NCBI RefSeq assembly: GCF_036323395.1
Contig: NZ_AP028907.1
Coordinates: 2,192,220-2,224,219, forward strand
Direction of reading: 5' to 3'
Length of the DNA stretch: 32,000 nucleotides
Source of the DNA: Pyrodictium abyssi
GTDB taxonomy: Archaea > Thermoproteota > Thermoprotei_A > Sulfolobales > Pyrodictiaceae
Shown one piece after another: positions 24,987 to 32,000 of this stretch (positions are counted from its first letter, which is position 1; each line of letters opens with the position of its first letter). The translations under genes were made by a program, and so were the position numbers. The notes beneath the pieces were generated by a model. It did no database searches and was not told where the DNA came from. It saw only the letters and a program-made list of their open reading frames with translations.

Positions 24987-25058
24987 TTAACAGTGGTGGT
25001 AGTGGTCTCTACGCTTGAAGGCTGCTATGATGACCCCGGTGTCTAGGAGTATGCTCAA
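24987..25058 (-). pseudogene. Truncated VapC N-terminus
   Basis: LSILLDTGVIIAAFKRRDHYHHC*; the PIN start motif ends after about 24 codons and overlaps the upstream antitoxin stop. Confidence 0.6.
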
Positions 25059-25333
25059 CTGTAGAGTACCTCGTCGATTCTTGTGGAAGCGTCTTCGGGG
25101 CCTTCGAAGCTGTGCTCTTCTAGCAGCTTTTCGGCCTCCTTGGGGCTTAGTGGCTTCCAGCCGCCTTGGAGCTCTGCGATGATCTCGTCTCTCTTTTTCG
25201 CGGCGAGTCTTAGGGCGGCTGCTAGTATGTCCTGTAGCCGGTAGCGCACCCCGGTCTCGAGCAGTATCCTGGCCTGTAGCTCTTCGAGGAGCTTCTTGGA
25301 GGCTGTATCCAGCTTTACGCTGGTCCCGGCCAC
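25055..25333 (-). CDS. VapB-like antitoxin
   Basis: MAGTSVKLDTASKKLLEELQARILLETGVRYRLQDILAAALRLA resembles archaeal VapB antitoxins; coupled to the truncated vapC. Confidence 0.65.
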   Translation of the reverse strand: MAGTSVKLDTASKKLLEELQARILLETGVRYRLQDILAAALRLAAKKRDEIIAELQGGWKPLSPKEAEKLLEEHSFEGPEDASTRIDEVLYS

Positions 25334-25801
25334 TGCTCCACCCGGTAGAACACTCTACCCAGAGCCCCCGGGCTTTGGCCGGCGTGGCTGCTGTTGCGTC
25401 TATCATCAATACTGGTTATCGTGGTCTTGGTACCTATAAGGGCTCCCAGGGTCGGCGTGTAGTCCTTACGCCCCTCCATGACTACTAGCGTGCTGCTACA
25501 TGCTCCTAGATACTGAGCCCTCTTACAGGGCGCTACGTCTATAGAATACTGTTTCAACCCTAGTGCTTCATGATAGGCAGGGACTTAAGTAATGCCTGGT
25601 CCCCTAAGCGGGCTATCCTAGACAAGGTATCGGGGGTCTTTGTCGTTATTGCCCAAAATAGGGGGTCAACCCTGCTTTGTATAGTGCGGGTCTTCGTGGC
25701 CAGAGGCCGGGGTCTGCGGATGTGTCCACGGGCCTCGGGGGCCTGCCGCCTATTGTAGTGTATACAGTTAACATTGTGGCTGGATGGCTAGCTAGCCTGG
25801 T

Positions 25802-26276
25802 TTAGCTGGTTACTAGGTTGCTTATGAGCGTATTGTAGTCTTCGTCGCTAAGTAGGTAGTAGGCTTCGACTCTGGCTTTTAGGGCGTTATACTTCATGGT
25901 CCTATCGTTGGTGACTAGGATTGCGTCGACGTGTTTGGCTGTTGCTATGTAGTATGCGTCTACTGCTCTGCACCCGGTGAATAGGGCTATCTCCGCCGCC
26001 TTATCATGGATGGTTTCCTCTCCTACGACATCCACGAACTGGAGCGCCGTGTCTACTATCTCGAGAGCCTGTTCTGGCTTGATCCTTCTCACGAGTACTG
26101 CTCGCAGCTCTACCTCGAAGAGGAAAGGCTCGTAGACGTAGAGGCCGAGGCTGGACAGCCTGTCGAGGGTGGCCCTAGCTCTCTCGTGTCTCTCTGGTCT
26201 CCCGAGGGTAGAGGAGGTAGTAGTCAGCGAATGACGCTAGTATCCACCACGGCAGCCTGGATGGTTTCCCTCGGCA
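25802..26276 (-). pseudogene. VapC PIN toxin, frame-disrupted near the N-terminus
   Basis: AAVVDTSVIR (about 26250) switches frame to HERARATLDRLSSLGLYVYEPFLFEVELRAVLVRRIKPEQALEIVDTALQFVDVVGEETIHDKAAEIALFTGCRAVDAYYIATAKHVDAILVTNDR. Confidence 0.7.
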
Positions 26277-26277
26277 A

Positions 26278-26472
26278 TTACCTCCTCTCCTCCACCAACT
26301 CCTCGACAACATCACGGTCTACCTTGAACCTGTATCTGCCTGCCTTCTCCCGGAACCCCATGAAGCTCCTCTTGACAACTATGATCTCTAGCTCCTCTCC
26401 CTCTCTGAACTCAGCGTTGTCGAGAAGCCGCAGTATACTCCTCTCATACTTCACCCTAACCGTCCTAGACAA
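26278..26472 (-). CDS. AF2212/DUF104-family antitoxin
   Basis: SRTVRVKYERSILRLLDNAEFREGEELEIIVV. Confidence 0.7.
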   Translation of the reverse strand: MSRTVRVKYERSILRLLDNAEFREGEELEIIVVKRSFMGFREKAGRYRFKVDRDVVEELVEERR

Positions 26473-26511
26473 CCCGGCCTATCCCACACATAGTGCTCTC
26501 CGTCAAGGCAG

Positions 26512-26718
26512 TCATAAGACTTTACCTTGAACGTAGCTATCGGTGCCATGATGCCGAGAAGGCTTAGGAAAGAGTAAAGAAACATATGCCAAAATGCTTT
26601 CAATACTCGAGGTCGTAGCATCTACTACCCTGTCGTCCTCATCGATGCCGATAGCCTCCCTTACGGCCTTCGGAAGCATGGTGCACCCCCTTCCAACCCG
26701 GGGCCCTAGGGCTAACAT
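26512..26718 (-). pseudogene. AbrB/SpoVT-type antitoxin remnant
   Basis: TMLPKAVREAIGIDEDDRVV is an AbrB-like core without a proper N-terminus or C-terminus. Confidence 0.4.
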
Positions 26719-26904
26719 GGCGCATCCAGGGCGGAAATCAGGCTAAGCAGTCGGCATAAACTGCAGCATCTCTGTGTACCTAGCCCCCTCTGCTGAGGAC
26801 GTTACTGCACCCCCGGAATCCTCAGCCGATTATGGGCATGTCTACGATGGGCCTCAGAATGGTCTGCGAGGATACGGGCATCATTCCCGGCACTGGGAGG
26901 GTTA

Positions 26905-27342
26905 TTGGGGTGTCTTGGTGGAGCTGCTGTTCTGGGCTCTGGGGCATTGGCTGGCGCAGCTGCTGTTGTGGATACTAGTGTGCTTCACGCGTACCTCGTG
27001 GAGGAGGATGTGCTCCACCCTGTGGCGGCTGGGCTGCTCGAGGCGCTGGAGGAGCCGGTGGCGCCGTCTATCGTGGTGCATGAGCTTGTGTGGAGTCTGA
27101 GGCGGCGGCTCGGCCCTGGTGCTGCGGGGTCGCGGGTGGGCTGGCTGCTTGCTGGCGGGCTTCGGGTGGAGCCAGTGGTGCTCGGGGACGTCTGGTTCGC
27201 GTTGCGTGACCCCCGGCGCTACGAGGACCTGGTTGTGGTCGCTGTGGCCCGGAGGCTGGGGCTCCCGCTGGCTACGCTCGACGAGGGTATGGCGAGGCTG
27301 GCATCCCGGTACGGCGTAGAGGTTCTATCCGCGCAGCGGTAG
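26905..27342 (+). CDS. VapC-family PIN-domain protein
   Basis: AAVVDTSVLHAYLVEEDVLHPVAAGLLEALEEPVAPSIVVHELVWSLRRRL...YEDLVVVAVARRLGLPLATLDEGMARLA; true start probably internal, near VVDTS. Confidence 0.75.
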   Translation: MGCLGGAAVLGSGALAGAAAVVDTSVLHAYLVEEDVLHPVAAGLLEALEEPVAPSIVVHELVWSLRRRLGPGAAGSRVGWLLAGGLRVEPVVLGDVWFALRDPRRYEDLVVVAVARRLGLPLATLDEGMARLASRYGVEVLSAQR

Positions 27343-27376
27343 GCGGTGGCCCTGGGCGCTGTGGAGGGGCACGTGT

Positions 27377-28018
27377 GTGGAGGTGGTGGGGCACCGTGCT
27401 AACACGGTGAGGTGGCTCCGCCGCCACCTCGCCTGCACCCGCAGCGTGGAGGTGGACGTGTACCTGCGCGGCGGCGTCCCCGTCGCGGGGCACCTTCTGC
27501 CCCGGGCGAGGCCGCTGCTCCTCCGGGAGAGGCTAGCCCGGCTCCTCGAGGGCCTACACTTCACCCCTAGCAGGCCGCTACGAGAGCTGCTGGCCCATGT
27601 GCCGCCGGGGAGCATGGTTATGCTCGACCTCAAGGACCGGGTGCCCCCGCGGCTCCTCGCCGACTCCCTGGAGGGGGCTGGGGGCCTGGAGCTGGTGCTT
27701 GTCACGCGCTGGCACAGCGACGCCCGGGCGCTAGCCGAGGCGCTCCCCGGGGCGCGGGTGCTGCTGAGCATCGATAGCCGCCCAGCCGAGCCCCGCGTGC
27801 TGGTGGAGGCGGCGGGGGCGCACGGCGTCAGCGTCCGGGCCAGCTACGTTGACCGCGGGCTGGTCGAGGCCCTGCACCAGGGGGGCTACCTGGTTGCGGC
27901 GTGGACGGTGAACGAGCCCCGGGAGGCGCTCCGCCTAGCAGAGCTAGGCGTAGACATGATCGTGAGCGACGTACCCTGCGAGATAGCTAGGGCCCTATGG
28001 GCAGGGAGGAGCAGCTAG
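27377..28018 (+). CDS. Glycerophosphodiester phosphodiesterase family protein
   Basis: MEVVGHRANTVRWLRR...VEVDVYLRGGVPVAGH...MVMLDLKDR...LVAAWTVNEPREALRLAELGVDMIVSDVP. Confidence 0.85.
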   Translation: MEVVGHRANTVRWLRRHLACTRSVEVDVYLRGGVPVAGHLLPRARPLLLRERLARLLEGLHFTPSRPLRELLAHVPPGSMVMLDLKDRVPPRLLADSLEGAGGLELVLVTRWHSDARALAEALPGARVLLSIDSRPAEPRVLVEAAGAHGVSVRASYVDRGLVEALHQGGYLVAAWTVNEPREALRLAELGVDMIVSDVPCEIARALWAGRSS

Positions 28019-28121
28019 GCGCGGCCCCCGGGTTGAATAGCCTGTTGCCGGCTTTGGGTCGGGAGCCGCCGGGCTCTATAGCGGCTGTGCCGGGCTTGTT
28101 GTAGCCGCAGCCTGGTATACC

Positions 28122-28391
28122 GTGTATAAAGTGGGTATGTTGTCTTCTCTTCCAGGGTGTGTACCGGGAATGCAGGGTAGTGGTATAGTATTCCGGGTGA
28201 AGCTGTCAAGGAAGGGTGCTGTTTACCTGCCTCGTGACGTGCTTAGGCGTCTCGGCCTCCGTGAGGGCGACGAGCTGGTGCTCCGTCTCGAGGATGGGCG
28301 TATAGTGTTGATGCCGGTTTACGACCCTCTAGAGCTCGCCCTAAGGGGGCCAAAGTATGGCCGCGTAACGGTAGAGGAGCTAGAGGGGTAG
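28122..28391 (+). CDS. AbrB/SpoVT-family antitoxin (VapB)
   Basis: FRVKLSRKGAVYLPRDVLRRLGLREGDELVLRLEDGRIVLMPV; immediately upstream of vapC. Confidence 0.8.
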   Translation: MYKVGMLSSLPGCVPGMQGSGIVFRVKLSRKGAVYLPRDVLRRLGLREGDELVLRLEDGRIVLMPVYDPLELALRGPKYGRVTVEELEG

Positions 28392-28393
28392 AC

Positions 28394-28839
28394 GTGGAGC
28401 ACATACTGCTCGATACTAGCTATATACTGCCTACCTCGGCGTGGAGGTCGAGGGCGCCAGGCCAGCCCTTGAGAAGCTGAGAGTGCTCCGGGCGGAGGGC
28501 AGGATAGTACTCTACTACTCGGAGTTCTCGCTGCTCGAAGCGATAGCTAAGGCTGTAAAGCTTAACGTACCCCGGAGTGTCGTCGAGTACGGCGTTACAG
28601 CGATAACTGCTGGCTACAGGAAAGCCGGGCCCAGAGTCGAGGCGTGGCTCCTTGCAGCAGAGCTTCGCCGGGAGGGCCTCCGGGACCTCATAGACGCGCT
28701 GCTCTACGCTATGGCCTCTACTGGCAGGCTCCAGCTACTAACCAGGGATAGGCGGCTACTAGAATTACTAGAATTCCTCGAGGAACACGGATACCCTACC
28801 ACTGTAGTGATGCGTGAGGAGCAGCTACTAGAGAGCTAG
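28394..28839 (+). pseudogene. VapC PIN toxin with a 1-nt frameshift after about 12 codons
   Basis: GTG start VEHILLDTSYILP is in one frame; YLGVEVEGARPALEKLRVLRAEGRIVLYYSEFSLLEAIAKAVKL...LIDALLYAMASTGRLQLLTRDRRLLE is in the next. Apparent loss of one C at about 28430. Confidence 0.7.
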
Positions 28840-28882
28840 GTTATTAGCATGTGGCAATGCTGCAGTGTGGAGGAGGAAAGGG

Positions 28883-29971
28883 CTAGGTGATTATCTTCTC
28901 GAGTATGCCCTTCTCGGCTGCTTCGCGTAGCTCCCTGGCTATCCGGCGGCCCATGTACATCGGGTCCTCCCAGTAGAGGCTGGCGTAGGGCGTCTGGAGC
29001 CCGGTGTACACGTTGGTGCCGGCTACTATCCTGCCGCTGAACTCGAATATCTTGTACTCTAGGCTCTCGGTTACTATGCCCTCGAGGCTGTAGGGCCCGG
29101 CTGCGGGGTAGCCGGTGGCCCTCTCCACGGCCCTGGCGAAGCGCTCGCCGTAGTCTAGTACCCGGGCGAGGAGGCTTTCACGCGCCACTATCGGCATGTT
29201 GGCTACCACGGTGTAGCTGGGCTCTAGGCCTAGCTCCTCCTGGAGCCGGGGCGGCACCCGGGCGAGCCCATCCACGTTGCTCTCTAGCCGGATGTCCATG
29301 CCGAGTAGCTCTACACGGCCGTGGACTAGGCTGTTGAAGTAGTGGCTGTAGAGCCGGACACCCACCACGTACTCCTGGAGGACCAGGTCCCCGGGGCGGT
29401 AGCCCTGCTTCTCCAGCTCCGCGGCCACCTTCTCCACGTCGCGGGGGGCTGCTAGCCTGTAGCCGCGGCCACCCTTGGCGCCGGGGAGCTTGACTATCAC
29501 CGGGACGCCTGCCTCGGCGGCCTCGCGGGGCGAGCTGAACCTCCTGGGCGTGTCTATCCCGGCGTCCTCTAGCAGGGAGAGCTTCCGGTCCCAGCTAGCC
29601 TCTATCTCAAGGAGGTACCGGTTGCCGAGAACCGGTAGCTCCAGGGAGAGGAGCGTCTCCACGCCCACGTACTCTATGAGGCTCGCGTGCGGCACGAGCA
29701 CGGCGTTGGCCTCGCGGAGCTGCTCGACTACGCTGGGGGCTAGGAGGTCCCGCCAGGACTCGACCACTACTGCGCGGCTGTAGAGCCACGGGAACCGCGA
29801 GTATATAGCGTCGTAGTAGCGGCGGTGCGCGATCAGTATGGCCTCTACGCCCTCGTCCCGGGCGCCCCGCAGCAGCTGCAGCGCAGAGTGGCTAGCGGGC
29901 ACTGCTAGCCGGACACGCCCCGGGTCGTAGCCCCGGGCAACCTCCTGGCCAGGACTCCTACCACGAGCCAA
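28883..29971 (-). CDS. purP: PurP family: formate--phosphoribosylaminoimidazolecarboxamide ligase or PurP-like ATP-grasp
   Basis: VIVKLPGAKGGRGYRLA, YSHYFNSLVHGRVELLGMDIRLESNVDGLARVP, VVANMPIVARESLL, FEFSGRIVAGTNVY. Confidence 0.85.
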   Translation of the reverse strand: MARGRSPGQEVARGYDPGRVRLAVPASHSALQLLRGARDEGVEAILIAHRRYYDAIYSRFPWLYSRAVVVESWRDLLAPSVVEQLREANAVLVPHASLIEYVGVETLLSLELPVLGNRYLLEIEASWDRKLSLLEDAGIDTPRRFSSPREAAEAGVPVIVKLPGAKGGRGYRLAAPRDVEKVAAELEKQGYRPGDLVLQEYVVGVRLYSHYFNSLVHGRVELLGMDIRLESNVDGLARVPPRLQEELGLEPSYTVVANMPIVARESLLARVLDYGERFARAVERATGYPAAGPYSLEGIVTESLEYKIFEFSGRIVAGTNVYTGLQTPYASLYWEDPMYMGRRIARELREAAEKGILEKIIT

Positions 29972-30295
29972 CCCCGGGCAACCCCGCCAGAGCCTGGGGG
30001 CAGCGCCCTAGTACCTTTACGCTTCTATAGTGCGCATGCATAGACACAATCTTGACATTTAACTAGTCCATCTCATGTTAGACCTTCGATAACATTTGAT
30101 AATAGGATGCACTGTACTCATATACTACCAATATCTTATAGTTCCTATGATTTCTGCCTATAGACTCGGAGTATATTAGGCGGGCGATGCACGTAGGTTA
30201 TTGTGGGCTTCTTTTATAGTTTTAGGCAAATTGTATATTCGCTCTACCCCCTTATTCTCATGCACATTCTTATCATATTCTTTAGGGGTTACAGA

Positions 30296-30601
30296 ATGTT
30301 ACGCCCAAGGTACGAGATCTTAATACTAGCTTTTCTCTACATGAGAGGAGAAAAAGGTGCACGACTAGAAGAGCTGAAACATGTTATTGCAAAGGCCGAG
30401 AAATATGATGGCCTCTCATTTATGTTAATGGGTGGACCAGATAATGTGGAACCATACATAAGATACCTGGAAGGACGTGGTCTTGTAGAGAGATATGGTG
30501 ACAAATATATTTTGCGTCGCGAAGCACTGCCTCGTCCACTACATAGAACCATAGAACGTATCCTTTCCGAGAAAGGATTAAAAGAAGTGCTAGTAATCTA
30601 G
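30296..30601 (+). CDS. Winged-helix domain protein
   Basis: MLRPRYEILILAFLYMRGEKGARLEELKHVIAKAEKYDG...PYIRYLEGRGLVERYGDKYILRREAL; directly upstream of the HD protein gene. Confidence 0.6.
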   Translation: MLRPRYEILILAFLYMRGEKGARLEELKHVIAKAEKYDGLSFMLMGGPDNVEPYIRYLEGRGLVERYGDKYILRREALPRPLHRTIERILSEKGLKEVLVI

Positions 30602-30631
30602 ATATTCTATCAAATATGGGTATTGGTCGAT

Positions 30632-32000
30632 ATGTCCTCCACACAACATAGTGATAAAGAAGGCCCGGTACATAGTAGTAATAAAGGACCACATCTGCGC
30701 TACGTGAAAGATGTTGTACATGGATTTTCCATACTTGACCGTGAGTTCTTCAATTACATAATAGATCATCCGCTTTTCCAGCGGTTGAGAAATATTACGC
30801 AAAACAGCTTAGCTAATATGGTTTATCCAGGTCTAATGCATTCAAGATTCGAACATTCTCTTGGAGTCGCATACTCCTTAGGCAAAGCTGTAGAAAATTT
30901 AGCTAATAATACGCATAAGTTTGAAGACACGATAACAAGTGCCCTTAAAGAAAGATTCCCGAGCGCTTCAGAAACCCTTATGGAAGCTACGATAGCTTTC
31001 ATAAAGGAACTTATAAATGAGCTTGAAAGTAAAGAAACAATTCAATCCGCTATATTGGCAGGGCTTATGCATGATGTGGGCCACTTAGCATGGTCGCATG
31101 TATTTGACTATGCTCTTGAATCATCATGGTTGGGTCTTGAGCGGGCTCATGAACAGCTTACACTATTATTATCTGAAGCATTACTTCATGAAGAATTTTG
31201 CAACAAGACGGAATATAATAAGAAAATATGTACGAGAGCATTAGATCTACTTAATATAGCTTATAGAAAGGAACAAAAAAGGAACGTCTGTGTAGCTGAA
31301 ATTTGCGCAGATGGTAGGCAGAGTAATATACGCGAAGTAGCTAACTGTATTTTAACAAAGTTACTTAGTTCGTCTGTTGATATAGATAGAGCTGATTACG
31401 TCATAAGGGATAGTATTCATTCTGGTGTCACATTTGGGATATTTGATCTAGAAAGATTATATTCCTCTCTTGTACTTGCATTAACAGTTACTGAAAACAA
31501 GAACAAACCAGAATGTATAAAGTTCTTAATTGAACCTGGCATACTAGAAAAAGGTGTGACAACTGTAGAGAATATGCTTCTTGGTCGCCTCTACATGTAT
31601 AGCGAAGTTTATCTTCACGATGTTGTTCTCGCTTATAATGCCCTAGCCCAAAAGTTCATAACACTACTCCTAAACATAGCCGAAGACGACAGAGTATGCA
31701 ATGACGATGATGCTGGACTAACTTGCGAAGTCATAAATTGTATGAATATAATTACTGAACTCCTTAGAGAAGGGAAGCCAGTAAACGAGGATCATATAAC
31801 TTGCCTAGGTATGCTTACCGACGCTCAATTCAAGTCTCTGACATGGATATTTGCAAGAGAAAGACTTCTAGAGAAAGAATTCAAAGCTGCTCCGAGCCTA
31901 AAGCAATACTTTAGTAACAATGTTAGCCAACTTGCAGCACTAATAGCTGTTGCAAGGGCAATAGCTCACCGCAGGCATTGGCATAGTTTCACTCTCGCGG
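30632..32000 (+). CDS. HD-superfamily phosphohydrolase (dGTPase/SAMHD-like), truncated by the window edge
   Basis: Not in the ORF track because it has no stop inside the window. MSSTQHSDKEG...LRYVKDVVHGFSILDREFFNYIIDHPLFQRLRNISQNSLANMVYPGLMHSRFEHSLGVAYSL...AGLMHDVGHLAWSHVFDY...VDIDRADYVIRDS. Confidence 0.85.
   Translation, partial: MSSTQHSDKEGPVHSSNKGPHLRYVKDVVHGFSILDREFFNYIIDHPLFQRLRNITQNSLANMVYPGLMHSRFEHSLGVAYSLGKAVENLANNTHKFEDTITSALKERFPSASETLMEATIAFIKELINELESKETIQSAILAGLMHDVGHLAWSHVFDYALESSWLGLERAHEQLTLLLSEALLHEEFCNKTEYNKKICTRALDLLNIAYRKEQKRNVCVAEICADGRQSNIREVANCILTKLLSSSVDIDRADYVIRDSIHSGVTFGIFDLERLYSSLVLALTVTENKNKPECIKFLIEPGILEKGVTTVENMLLGRLYMYSEVYLHDVVLAYNALAQKFITLLLNIAEDDRVCNDDDAGLTCEVINCMNIITELLREGKPVNEDHITCLGMLTDAQFKSLTWIFARERLLEKEFKAAPSLKQYFSNNVSQLAALIAVARAIAHRRHWHSFTLA

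Noticed and set aside
20091-28839. Programmed frameshifting as a shared expression mechanism for the vapC genes
   Set aside because: Lesion positions, directions and local sequences differ between genes and one gene is truncated; sequencing error or pseudogenization is simpler.
1-32000. CRISPR array associated with the Cas6-like gene
   Set aside because: By-eye scan of intergenic regions found no regularly spaced 24-37 nt direct repeats.

Overview
The window is GC-rich, compact, and looks like a hyperthermophilic crenarchaeon (Desulfurococcales/Pyrodictiaceae style; this is inference). Three parts stand out. (1) 0-10 kb: a nurA-like / small ORF / HerA-type ATPase run on the minus strand. It sits head-to-head with a PUA-less TGT/DpdA-like transglycosylase gene that is chained by overlaps to an MNT-HEPN (MntA/HepT-like) pair. 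The same stretch has PaREP1, orphan Cas6-like and TumE toxin-antitoxin genes. A decayed second TGT C-terminus is hidden beside a VapBC pair at the left edge. (2) 10-17 kb: metabolic and transport genes, namely a sodium:solute symporter with a small membrane ORF and a divergent HTH-SBP regulator, then a thiamine-type ABC binding protein and permease. (3) 17-29 kb: a gene graveyard. It starts at a degenerate tRNA-Arg(TCG) 3' half, and a matching tRNA 3'-end remnant lies 6.6 kb downstream. Between and beyond these are frame-broken vapC, PaREP1, metallopeptidase and nuclease genes plus several toxin-antitoxin relics. PurP and a visibly AT-richer wHTH + HD-phosphohydrolase segment close the window. 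I found no CRISPR array. Several pseudogenes and partial genes below are absent from the supplied ORF track and were read by hand in other frames. All family calls come from motif recognition; no database search was run.
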